This document shows positions 49,711-61,100 of a stretch of 64,000 nt of DNA, in pieces. This stretch comes from Candidatus Poribacteria bacterium (GTDB lineage Bacteria; Poribacteria; WGA-4E; PCPOR2b). The stretch is taken from NCBI GenBank assembly GCA_965215015.1, contig OZ244042.1, positions 1,216,001 through 1,280,000 on the forward strand, written 5' to 3'. The notes under the pieces were generated by a model. It saw nothing but the letters and a program-made list of their open reading frames with translations. It made no database searches and was not told where the DNA came from. The first letter of the stretch is position 1. Every line of letters starts with the position of its first letter. The translations under genes and the position numbers were made by a program.

Positions 49711-50202
49711 TCAACTATCGTTGGCTCTTGGTGTTCGGCCATGATGTGTTAAGTGGTCTATATGGTTCTGGTTAAGTTGTCGGATGCTCGCTTCTATATC
49801 CGATAGACGCTGATTCATCTCAGTAAAACGTTGATTCATCTCAGTAAAACGTTGGTTCGTTTCGGCTTGCATATCAGTAAAACGTTGATTCATCTCAGTA
49901 AAACGCTGATTTATCTCCGTAAAACGTTGATGCATTTCGGCTTGCATATCAGATAGCCGGATATTGGTTTCGGCCTGCATATCGGATAGCCGCTTATCCA
50001 TCCGGTCTTCGAGGCGTTCAAGGGCGTGAAAGAATGTCTCGCCTTGCTCTTTGAGGGCTTGCTTAAAATCGTCCCCTTGCTTTTCCAACCGTTCGGTTGT
50101 CTGTTTCAAACGTGCAAGGATAGCGATGGTTTGTCCAATAATAGTTGCAATAGCAAGCGCGGCTATAATCAGATGCGTCGGGCTCCAGTCTGTAAATTGC
50201 AT
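49711..50202 (-). CDS. Small TM + coiled-coil repeat protein (copy B, 163 aa)
   Basis: Paralogue of 48543..48938 with 32 extra residues of 7/11-aa repeats. Confidence 0.8.
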   Translation of the reverse strand: MQFTDWSPTHLIIAALAIATIIGQTIAILARLKQTTERLEKQGDDFKQALKEQGETFFHALERLEDRMDKRLSDMQAETNIRLSDMQAEMHQRFTEINQRFTEMNQRFTDMQAETNQRFTEMNQRFTEMNQRLSDIEASIRQLNQNHIDHLTHHGRTPRANDS

Positions 50203-50375
50203 TGTGTCTGTGAGTGGCTCGGCATAGCGAGTCTCTAACAGTCCTCCTTTCCGTGATTTCTTCCAAAAATTATAAGCCCTTCAGGCTCAACCGTGGCGGG
50301 GCTTTCGGAAAACCTTCCCTCATTTCTTCCGCCCTCTGATTGGCGTTAAAGTTGGTGTGTTCAACTTCTGTAACA

Positions 50376-53300
50376 TTACGTCACAACCGCCGGTATATTG
50401 GCTTCGCTGATAAGGTCGTTAAAGGCAGCGACATCTTCCTCGATCACCGACTTGAGTTGATCCAATTGGGCATCGATCTGGCTTGACAGATCCTCAAAGA
50501 GCTCATAGGCCTGTTTCGGCGGAGCGAAGTCAGCAACCGACACAACACTAACTAATCCGGCAAGCTTACCGCTTAACATTGTAGGCAGCCGAAGTCGATC
50601 GCCGATGGTATCCGCTCCGGTCTGTATCAATTCCCCTTCGATGGTTTTCAGCTTTTCCTGTAAGGCTTCAGCGGCTTCGCGGATTGGCTCGGTAGTGATG
50701 TTCTCCGTCGCATCTACGCGTTTCTTCCACTCATTGACCTGTCGTTGTATTCGGCGGAGGTGATTGATTGCTTCATGTGTTTCCGAAAGCTTATCGCGAA
50801 TCTGGCTCCATAACTCAAACTGGGCATTGAAATCTACTTGGCTGGTTGTTACCCGTGGGTCTTTGCAAATCTCGAAGATCTGCGTCTGCGTCTGCTCACC
50901 AACCTTGAGTTGGACCTGATAGGTTCCCGGCGAGGCGAGCGGCCCATTCTTCGGCTTATCCGGTGACAGTTCCTGTTTGTCGTTCCGCGGCTCCGTCACC
51001 GCTTGTGAATCTGGATAGCGCATGTCCCACACAAAGCGATTCAAGCCCGCCTCCGCTGGAATGTAGTGGTCTTCCTTGGCGTCCGAGTTTGTTTCGTCAT
51101 CTTCAGCGTCGTCGGTGTCCTCCGGTTTAGTTGTGAAGGTTTTGATTGTTGCCCCACCCGCATCGAGGAACGTGATTTCGACGGAATCAGCGGGTGTATT
51201 TCCCAAGAGGTAGTAGACAATCACACCCTGCGGCGGTCCCTCTCCGGCATCAAGGAATCTACGCGTGCGTTCACCGTCAGGCGATTTCTCCAGGTAGAAG
51301 GTTGCGGCGGCACCCAACCCCATCAGGTAGTTCTTCCGTGTCTCGCTACGGAACATGCCCGCACCCCATTGTAGCCAACGGCGATAGGTGGCACGAGGCT
51401 CGAACAGGTGGAAAGAGGCATGCGCTGCTTCCGCTGTCAGTTGGCGTAGCGGTGTCACGTCGTCCAAAATCCAGAAAGATCTGCCGTGAGTGCCTGCGAC
51501 TAGATCGCCATCCTTAATCTTTAGGTCGTAGACCGGGACTACTGGGAGATTGTTTTGCAAGCGATGCCAATTTTCCCCGTCGTCCAGCGAGACATAAATT
51601 CCTGTTTCCGTGCCGACATAGAGGAGGCCCGATCGAACCGGATCCTCTCGAATGACGCGGGTAATCTCACCGTCGGGAAAGTTCCCACTGATTATACGCC
51701 AACTCCTCCCATAATTGTCCGTCTTGTACAGATAGGGTTGATAGTCATCCAGCTTGTATCGGGTGACAGCTACATGCGCGGTCGCCGGGTCATGTGGAGA
51801 GGCTTCTATATTGCTGATCAACGACCATTCAAGCAAATCCGGCGGGGTAATATTCTCCCAATGCTGCCCTCCATCTCTGGAGATGTGGATCAAGCCGTCA
51901 TCGCTGCCGGCCCAGAAGACGCCGGGCTCATGTGGAGATTCAACAAAGGCGTACACTGTCGCGTAATGTTCGGCACCGCTGGCATCTTTGGTGATGGGGC
52001 CCCCTGATGCTTCCAGTTTCGTTACGTCATTACGGGTCAGATCCGGGCTAATCGGCTCCCAACTGCTGCCTTCGTCCGTCGAGCGAAAGATTAGATTGCC
52101 CGCTGTATAGAGAATATTTGAATCGTGGGGCGAGAACGCGATGGGAAACGTCCAGGAGAAGCGATACTTGAGATCTTTCGGCCCCAAGCCGATATACTCT
52201 TCGGGCCACACATTGACCAATCGAATCTGGCGGGTACGATGGTCGTACCGCTGGAGTACCCCACTGCCCCCCGGCGAGCTACCTACCGCCCCGATGTAGG
52301 CGATATCGGGGTTGTCGGGATGAACCACGATGTCACCGCTCTCACCGGTGCCAACTGGATAACAATCAACCCAGTGAATACCACCATATTCGCTGGCACT
52401 TGGAACACTGATACTGGAATTATCCTGCTGTGTGGCGTAGACACGATAGGGGAATCGGTTGTCCGTGTCGATGCGATAGAACTGCGAGGTGAGTTGGTTA
52501 TAGATGGTTGTCCAGCTGGCACCTCCATTGAACGAAACACATGCACCGCCATCGTTACCCTCGATCATACGCTGCGGGTTGTGCGGATCAATCCACAAGT
52601 CGTGATTGTCGCCATGCGGGGTGGTAATCTCGGTGAAGGTATGCCCGCCATCGGTGGATTTCCACATCTTAAGGTTCAGGACATACACGGTCTCGGAGTC
52701 CTGTGGGTCAGGGAAGATGTGGCAGTAATAAAACGGACGATGCCACAGGTCGCGGTTAGCCGTTAATAGCTCCCACGTTTCACCGCCATCGTCGGATCGG
52801 TGCAGCCCTCCCTTTTCCGCTTCAACGATTGCCCAGACCCGATCAGACTTGGCGGGGGAGGCAGCAACGCCAATTTTGCCCTTGAGACCTCTGGGAAGGC
52901 CAGGGTTATCCGTGAGCTCCACCCAAGTATCGCCACCGTCGGTGGATTTATACAAGCTGCTGTCAGGCCCGCCGCTCGACAATTCCCAAAAATTGCGGTA
53001 GGTTTCCCATATCGCCGCGTAGAGAATGCGTGGGTTGTTGGAGTCCATTGCTAGATCAACCGCGCCCGCTTTTTCACTGCGAAACAAGATATTTTCCCAA
53101 GTTGCGCCACCATCCTTGGAACGAAACACACCCCGTTCCGCGTTTGGTCCAAAGGCGTGACCGAGAGCCGCGACATAGACCACATCGGGGTTCTGCGGGT
53201 GAATCCGAATTTTGCCGATATGCCGCGTCTCCGCCAATCCAACATTTGCCCATGTTTTACCGCCATCGGTAGACTTGTACACCCCATCGCCGTAAGAGAC

Positions 53301-53591
53301 ATCGAGGCGGATGGTCGTTTCGCCGGTGCCAGCATAGATGACGTTCGGATCCGCTGCTGCCACCGCGATAGCTCCTACAGCAGCACAGTCGAAGAAGCCG
53401 TCTGAAATGTTTTCCCAGTACGTTCCGGCATCGTCAGTTTTCCAAACACCACCGGCGCACGCTCCAAAGTAGAAAACCGCAGGCTCTGTGGGATGCCCTG
53501 CCACAGCAACAACGCGCCCTCCCCGTGGGGGGCCGATACAACGCCATTTGAGCGATTGAAACAGACTTGAATCTGATTGAGAATTGGTCAT
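50376..53591 (-). CDS. VPS10/sortilin-like BNR-repeat (Asp-box) glycosyl hydrolase family protein
   Basis: WRCIGPPRGGRV, many SxDGGxTW Asp-boxes, HGDNH, THGRSFWILDD, C-terminal coiled coil. Confidence 0.9.
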   Translation of the reverse strand: MTNSQSDSSLFQSLKWRCIGPPRGGRVVAVAGHPTEPAVFYFGACAGGVWKTDDAGTYWENISDGFFDCAAVGAIAVAAADPNVIYAGTGETTIRLDVSYGDGVYKSTDGGKTWANVGLAETRHIGKIRIHPQNPDVVYVAALGHAFGPNAERGVFRSKDGGATWENILFRSEKAGAVDLAMDSNNPRILYAAIWETYRNFWELSSGGPDSSLYKSTDGGDTWVELTDNPGLPRGLKGKIGVAASPAKSDRVWAIVEAEKGGLHRSDDGGETWELLTANRDLWHRPFYYCHIFPDPQDSETVYVLNLKMWKSTDGGHTFTEITTPHGDNHDLWIDPHNPQRMIEGNDGGACVSFNGGASWTTIYNQLTSQFYRIDTDNRFPYRVYATQQDNSSISVPSASEYGGIHWVDCYPVGTGESGDIVVHPDNPDIAYIGAVGSSPGGSGVLQRYDHRTRQIRLVNVWPEEYIGLGPKDLKYRFSWTFPIAFSPHDSNILYTAGNLIFRSTDEGSSWEPISPDLTRNDVTKLEASGGPITKDASGAEHYATVYAFVESPHEPGVFWAGSDDGLIHISRDGGQHWENITPPDLLEWSLISNIEASPHDPATAHVAVTRYKLDDYQPYLYKTDNYGRSWRIISGNFPDGEITRVIREDPVRSGLLYVGTETGIYVSLDDGENWHRLQNNLPVVPVYDLKIKDGDLVAGTHGRSFWILDDVTPLRQLTAEAAHASFHLFEPRATYRRWLQWGAGMFRSETRKNYLMGLGAAATFYLEKSPDGERTRRFLDAGEGPPQGVIVYYLLGNTPADSVEITFLDAGGATIKTFTTKPEDTDDAEDDETNSDAKEDHYIPAEAGLNRFVWDMRYPDSQAVTEPRNDKQELSPDKPKNGPLASPGTYQVQLKVGEQTQTQIFEICKDPRVTTSQVDFNAQFELWSQIRDKLSETHEAINHLRRIQRQVNEWKKRVDATENITTEPIREAAEALQEKLKTIEGELIQTGADTIGDRLRLPTMLSGKLAGLVSVVSVADFAPPKQAYELFEDLSSQIDAQLDQLKSVIEEDVAAFNDLISEANIPAVVT

Positions 53592-53701
53592 GCTTTGTTT
53601 TCCTTTTTCGTTGGATGTGAAGATGTGAAATTGTGTGAAGCTATGTATCAGGGCCCGGCTGGATGATCCGATTTATCTGTCATCAGTCGGGAGACCCCCG
53701 C

Positions 53702-53950
53702 CTAGAAATCCGAATCCACTTTTTCGTCGAAATCTAGGGTGACAAATCGGTAGCCGATTGTTTTCATCCGTTCCACAATTATTTCACGTATCTGAAGGGC
53801 TCTATCGAAATCAGATTCTGCCACCTGTATTCGCACAATTTTCTTGTGAGGATAAATTGATGCGCCTGCAATGCCAAGTTCCGATAAACGCTGTTGAGCG
53901 AGTGCAACCATTTCATTTTCGTTGAGTTTTTTTGTTGGATTCGATTCCAT
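53702..53950 (-). CDS. Small protein resembling the C-terminal domain of LarE
   Basis: RIQV....F......REIIVERMKTIGYRFVTLD pattern; TTGATC-N17-TATACT promoter upstream. Confidence 0.6.
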   Translation of the reverse strand: MESNPTKKLNENEMVALAQQRLSELGIAGASIYPHKKIVRIQVAESDFDRALQIREIIVERMKTIGYRFVTLDFDEKVDSDF

Positions 53951-54052
53951 ATTTCACTTGCTGTCAGATGGTAAAACCAATTGCCAATTTGAAAGTATTA
54001 GGAATACAAGTATAACAGAAATCCTGACGGAGATCAATATTAACAAGCATAT

Positions 54053-54896
54053 TCATTTACCCCCATTTTTTTTTGGTTATAGATTTGATTTATTTTTATG
54101 ATTTAGGCTAGTGAGAATAGTTGTGATTAAGTGTGTTGGTATGTATCTCCCGTGCACAGGGGGAGTGTGAACCATGGCTTGAGACACCACCCGCGCCACG
54201 CCTCCGCTACCACTCGCTTTATGACCGTAATCAGTGAGTATATTTTTGTCCGTGTAAGGATTAACAGGAGGATATGAATCAAGTTGATACCTAAACGACG
54301 AGATGTGTCTGATGAGGGTGCATCATGGTTCTTTGAATATAGAGACCTAGGGGAAAGTCTGAATCAGGATTTTCAGGATTTAAGGATTAACAGGATGATA
54401 TGACTCAAGTTGATACCTCCTACAAGGCTTCAATCTGTTTTTGCTGCGCTTCAGTTTTTTCGTCTTGTGTACGTATGTCTTTTCGCTGCAAGGCGGCGAT
54501 GATTTGTGGTATCCCGATGACCGCGGCAATGAAAGCTACCAAAGCCATGACCCGCATAAAAATGTGGTTTAACCGTTCGCCTAACGCTTTGGTTTCGCGG
54601 GTCAGGCGTTTGTCCATCTCTTCAATTTTGCTCATTTACCCCCATTTTTTTGGTTATAGATTTGATTTATTTTTATGATTTAGGCTAGTGAGAATAGTTG
54701 TGATTAAGTGTGTTGGTATGTATCTCCCCTGCACAGGGGGGTAGTAGGTATCCATTTGATTCATATGCTCCTGTAAATCCTTTCATCCTGACAATCCTGA
54801 TTCAGACTTTCCCCCAATGATGCCCCCTCCTCAGACACATCTCGTCCTTTAGGTATCAACCAACATGACACACCAAAAAAAAATGGGGGTAAATGA
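54053..54896. repeat. Nested direct and inverted repeats
   Basis: Direct repeat 54053-54163 / 54632-54740; inverted repeat 54283-54417 / 54747-54860; inverted ~25-mer at 54872-54896. Confidence 0.85.
54420..54635 (-). CDS. Small coiled-coil + TM protein (possibly truncated)
   Basis: 71 aa, EMDKRL...hydrophobic VMALVAFIAAVIGIPQII; GGGGG-TAA-ATG start. Confidence 0.55.
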   Translation of the reverse strand: MSKIEEMDKRLTRETKALGERLNHIFMRVMALVAFIAAVIGIPQIIAALQRKDIRTQDEKTEAQQKQIEAL

Positions 54897-55116
54897 GTGA
54901 AAACCGATCGACAAATCTTTCGATCGGTTGTATTATAAAATTGTGTATTCAAAACCCTTTACTTTAGTATTGGTCTTTTTTGTTTTCAAAAACGTCAACA
55001 AAGCGAATTCAATAGATGGAGGGTTATCTTTTGCAGTAGCACCTGTAAGACGTGAAAAGGGTACTATTGTTATTGAGTTAATCTGAAATTAAATTTTCTC
55101 ACGAAAGGATTTTATT

Positions 55117-58100
55117 GTGATTAAACCAAGAGATGTAAATTTTCGGAAGTTAAGTGTGTTTTTTGTTATCAGTTTGATGTTGGTTGTGGGGTTGTTCATC
55201 AACGACGCTGCGCCGCAGGGTCGTATATATTCTGATTTGATAAGTATCTATTTTAATCCGCTCGATAGTCCGGAAGCCACAGATATTATTCCGATTGATG
55301 ATATTACTGCCGGGCAATACCAACTGCGAGTTGCATATACATCGCACAACGACGACGATAAGGCGGGGTTTCGGGTGGATATTCCAGACGGTATTGTGTT
55401 GGATCGGAGCTCCCTAAGAGTCCGTATACGTGCTTTCACGGCAGGTGATTCACGGCTAGCAGGAGCCCCACTGATGTTCCTCCCAGATACTAATGCTCCA
55501 GATAGTGTTGCTTTTAATGCCTTCACAGACTCACAAAAATTCGGAGCTCGAAGGCGGTCAGATGGGTTTTATTACTTTGACAGCGATCCTATCCCCCATC
55601 ACCCGCGCTTTAAGCAATCGGGAACTGCTGAGTATGCGCTTACGGGTGGGGAATCGCCCTTCACCGATCAAACGTCTATTGATCAGACTGGCGGCCGTTT
55701 TCTGACCCTTCATGATACCGATGGGGAGGGAACTTTTAGTGATAAGGGTATATTCCTTAACGGGAATGAGATAATCATCAGGCATTCAGCGGGAGATTTT
55801 GAAGACAAAACTCAGCCGAATAGATCTGCTCAAGAGAAAACGGATAGACCTATTGTGCAGGTGACCTACCTAATCTGGTGCGACGTAACTATCCCTGCCA
55901 GTGAAAGTGACGTGACCTATACATTCGAGTATGAAGTCAACACACCGGCATCAGGTGCCTCAGCCGACGCTTGGAGGCCTCTGAACAGGGAATCCATAGA
56001 TGTCACAGCTAGCGGTAAGCTCCCGGCCGCTTATCATACTGGTGGGGCGAAAGAGATAGATGTTACGATGGACGTGCCGCAAAACGAATTCCCGGACACC
56101 AAAATAACGGTATTTGTCCCGAATAACAAGGCACCCGTATATGGATCACATGGATTCGGCCCAGTACTAGAACCACGTGAAAGTGCTGATTCGTATATTA
56201 CAAGAAGCAGAGTGGGAGACCCCGACGCCGACACCCTTTCTATAAAGGTCCGGGGCGGTGCAAGTGTCCAAGTAGGTTGGGGTTTCCGAGAAACGGCTGA
56301 CGAGGAGCCTCCGGATATTACTGTTGCTACTGACAGCACGCTTCCGCTTGCTGCTGGCAGTTATTGGAACGTTCTGAAATTTACCTACAGACCCACGGCT
56401 GATAACCTGTCTGATGGACGCTTTCGGATAGCGTTTCCCTCCGATTGGGAGGTGTCTAACAAGTTTCTATCGGTCATGGAGGAGGGTGATGATGGTCCGG
56501 TAACAATATACGAAACGAATGGAGAGGGCGCCGTCTCAGCAGATAGTGATACGGATAGGGTGGACTTTGAAGCGGACAAGCGGATAACCGTCGCCCTCGA
56601 TTCGGCGTGGGGTCCCCAACGGTTTAATAGAGACCTCATCATCCAATTGGGTGATGTAACGGCTCCGATTCCTTCTCGTCTGGATGAGGCTGCTACGGAC
56701 GATTATGCTGCGCATGCTGAGTATGAATTCCTATGTAGTGAGAGTACCCGGAATGATGTGCTTAGTCTGTTACCCAGTCCTCCGGTTGTCAGGGTTGGCA
56801 ATATTAAAGGGGGTACCGACCGTGACCCTCTCAAAAGAAAGCTGACAATTGAACCGGGGCGGGTATTTTCGGGTGAGGAAAATACCGAATTCACTCTCAC
56901 CTTCACAGCTCCTGGGCCGATGCACAACAGTTCCCTAGAGTTATTATTTGGCCCCGAAGGCGCAGATATGGCACATTTAGGGCCACAGGACACCCCCGTG
57001 AAGGCGGATTTTAATGTGGAACCCAGGGGCGGGGCAACCTTAGACGACACCACAGACCCCACTCCTTGGACTGTTGATGAGGGTACGGCCACGGCTCCCG
57101 CGAAGCTAACTATCCCTATTGCCAAGCTTGATACGGGTCAGCAAATTATTGTTTCGTATACTCGTGCAGCCGCTATTGGTTCCAGTGCTGATGCCGATAT
57201 CACCGCGTGGACCACTGTTCGTAGGTACGCCGTGAAGGTCAGTACTGGTACGTACGCCTCTGTAGAAGTCAGTGGTGGGGTGTGGGTTGCTAAGGCGGGT
57301 TCTGGTAAGTTGGACTTGTCTCCTGCGTCTGTGGAGGCGGGTTCTCAACGGAGAGATATCGACCTGACGTATGAAGCCTACACCGATCTTGAGGATGCCA
57401 CGATAACGATTGAGCCGAAGGGCATTGTTCTCGATGATGATCAGAAACTCCAAACCGATACCTCGACGGACTATGGGTATGTTTCGGGTTCTGAAGGGTT
57501 AGTGGTAAACGACGGGGATACCCTTGAGTGGTCAGGTCTCGACCTTGAAAAAGGGAAAACCGTGACCGCTAAAATCCGTAGGGTCAATATCCTCGCAGAA
57601 GCCGACGAGTATGAATGGGGTGTGATGGTTAATGATACGAAACTTGCCAACGACGAAACGACCGACATTGATGATCGTCCCATCCTCTCGGTTGTGAAGA
57701 CCTCAGGCGATGCGGTTCGATTTGAAGTTGATGGTGACGACACTTTCCGTGCCGGAAGTAAAGCGACTATCAATTTCAAGTTTATAGCGGATTCGACCCC
57801 CATACGGGACGGCGAGGTGCGGTTGACCATCCCGTCCACTTTGGGCTTCAGTCCACCGACCAAGGCAGACGCGACCGCCGGTGAGGTGGCCGTCTCCGGC
57901 GAGGCACTAAAGAGCGGGGGTGCCGGGGGTATTGGTGCGGATCAGATAACCCTCTCCGGTCGCACCATCACCGTGGCAATCGGTCGGCTCGATGTCGATG
58001 AATCCGTCACGATTACGTATGGTGCTGCCGATGATAGTAAAGCAGTCTTACATCATGCCGCCGGTGCGGTCGAAGTGGCTGGCACCTTTAGAACGTCACG

Positions 58101-61100
58101 GGGTGCCAGCACCCGGACCGCTGGGACCGCCACGGTCACGCTGAGCAACGTCGAAGACGGTATGGGGGCAGCCGTGCTATCGCCGGGGACGATTGAGGCA
58201 GGGAGTAGCAATCGGGCGATTGAGGTCGTGTTCACCGCAGCCGGCACGATGGATGGCGGGGCCGTGAGTCTTGAAATTCCAGACGGTTGGGGGTCGATGC
58301 AGAATGACCCGACCCAGCGGAATTATGTGACGACGCGCGGCGCGGGGGTCTCCGCCGTGGAGATAGCCGATCGTTACGCGATAGCGACCATCGATACGCT
58401 TGCCAAAGGAGGGAGTTTCCGATTTATCTATGGGGGTGGCACCGGTGCCGCTGTCGGTGCGGAGGTTCAGGACAATGTTGGCACCGCCCAGTTCGTGATT
58501 AGATCCGATGGGGACGGCGACGGCGTTTTCGAGGCTATTGAGAGCGACTTGGAACACACCGGCCGGGAGAAGATAAGAAACCCGGACAAGACCCAGAAGA
58601 TTTATAAAGATGCCGCCGGTATCTTACAAGTCAAAGTGACGAGCGCGTTGGACGGGACGGGAACGGTTACATTGGATACCTCCTCCGTCCGTGCAGCGTC
58701 CGACGATGTGGTATTGGTGTTTACCTACAAACCGAGTCAGACAATTGAAGATGGGGAGCTGAAATTCACCGTCCCATCGAGCTGGAGTCAACCGCAGGTC
58801 GAAGAGGTCAGTCTACCGGGGTATACTGAGGTGGAGGGTGTGGGACTTGGCAGCGTAGCGGACGATGATAAATTCTCTGTGACCGTGCCTATCTTCTCGC
58901 TTGACAAAGCCAATGATATAAAGATTACCTACGGTGCGACCGATGCAGGGCGTGCGGTGGCTTCTGCCACGACCGGGGTTGATGCGTTTCGGTTTGCGGT
59001 TCGGGGCGGTGAAAGCGGTAACCTGGCACCGATTCGAACGCAGCCGACCGTCACAGTCAACCCGCAAGCCAGTGGTAAAGGCAAAGCCGTCATTGCCATA
59101 ACCGATGGGGAGGGGTCGCTTCATACCGGTGATACCGGCAGGGAGCTGACCGTCACCTACACGGCAGCCGGTCAAATGGTCGGTGGCAAGGTGCGGCTCG
59201 CGGTCCCCGCCGGTTGGTCTGCACCGACCGCGGATACGGTGACGATTACACCCGCAATCGCCCCCACCTTTAGTGGTCAAATGGCTATCGTCGAAGGCGT
59301 CAACTTGAGTGCCAACGGGACGGTGACCTTTGTCTATACAGGTGATGTGCAGCCCAACGTGGGCACCGGTGTCGCCTTTGCGGTTGGAGTCCACGGGGGC
59401 GATGCAGCCGATGATTTTGACGATGTCTCCGGCGATGAGACCATGCTGACCGTCGACGTCGACGAGGCGAGACGGGGTGCCGGTTCCGGTGAGGTCGCAC
59501 CGAGGATTGTAGACGCCGGTGCGACAGGGGTGAACCTGACCTTTACCTACACTGCTGTCGGCCTCGTCAACGCGCCGCGGGAGTTCCGGGTGCAGGTGCC
59601 CCCCGGTTGGACTGCGCCGAGCAGTGCGCCGATGGACCCTGAAAATAAGGGAACCTACACCGTTGCGCACCGGCACATGGGTGTTACGACGACGGTGAGT
59701 GTCGAGAAACTGACACCGGTCGGTCGAGACATGGTGGCGCGTGTGAAATTAGGGGGGCTTGAGGTCGAAGCGGGTGATGAAATTATCTTCACCTACCAAA
59801 ATGCCGACGCCCCAGCCAACCGTGAGGTCTCTGAATTCGTCATGCTGTTTGATGGTCAACGGGTAAACTCCAATGTTTCGGTGCGCGTCCAAGACTCGAC
59901 GCCGACCCAACTCACACTGAGCAGTGCCGGCACGGTTTCTGCCGACGACGGCGCGATGCCGTTAGGTATCACAGTTGGATTGAGAGATGCCGAGGGGCAT
60001 GAGGTGGCGATGGTCTCCGATGTGTCGGTCACCCTGACCTCCAGCTCCGCGGGCACGTTCTCTGAGCTCGCTGAAGGGACGGGAACCGAGAGCATCACCG
60101 TGACCGTTGCAGGCGGCGAGGTCTCAGCGATGGTCTACTATCAAGATTCGACACCCGGGATCGCAACGATTACCGCAACAGCACCGGGACTGACGATGGC
60201 GAGCCAGCCGGTGACGGTCACAACCTCTGTGATAGCCATTACCGAAGGCAGCGTCACCATTGAACCTGCACTGGCTATGGCGGGGGATACGGTCACCGTC
60301 AGTGCCATGGGCACGGCAGGCCGAACCGTGATGTTCTCCGTCGGTTCGATTGTCACCGACCACTCGATGGCAGAAGTCTCGAGCGGTGCCTACAGCGGGT
60401 CGTTTACCGTCGTGGCTGATCAGCACCCCGATGGTATGTATGATGTCTCTGTCAGTCTGAATGGTCAAAGTGTGATGGTGTCCAATGCGTTGACACTTGA
60501 CAGCACAATGCCGACCGTGATGGCGATGGCATCTCCTGAGACCATTGCCAACGGTGAGCCGGTGGAAATCTCTGCGACCGTCTCCGACGCGAGCAGCATC
60601 ACATCCGTGATGGCGGACGTCTCTACCTTGGACACCACCCAAACCGATGGGGTCGCTCTGACGATGGGGACCGATGGTGCTTACAGTGCCTCAGTCGTTG
60701 TCAGTGAAGATAACACAGCCATCAATGGCTCGAAAACCATCACCGTAACCGCGATCGACGCCGCCGGCAACAGCGGCAGCGGCACAGCGATGGTTACGTT
60801 GGACAACCAACTGTCCTATACCTCGCAGATACCGGCGGGGACAAGCCTGTTCCACGTCCCGTTGGCAGTTGAGGGGCTCAACACCGTAGGCGACCTCCGA
60901 GAGATGCTCGGCAGCGACGCCAATCTGCTCATCGTCTATGATAGCGCAACCGATTTATGGAATAGTCGGAGCGACGATGTACCGATTACCGCAGACCTGG
61001 GTATCCTCCTTTCAATGAGTGCCGAAGCGACGGTGACTTTCACCGGGTATGCGTGGGACGACGGCGCATCAACCATCAATCTCACCGCCGGTTCTAACCT

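Noticed and set aside
48543-50202. Diversity-generating retroelement (template/variable repeat pair)
   Set aside because: There is no reverse transcriptase, and the differences between copies are repeat-number changes rather than adenine-specific substitutions.
50256-50330. 9-bp direct repeat ATTTCTTCC flanking 57 bp upstream of copy B
   Set aside because: It could be an insertion scar, but it is too short and has no terminal repeats to support an element call.
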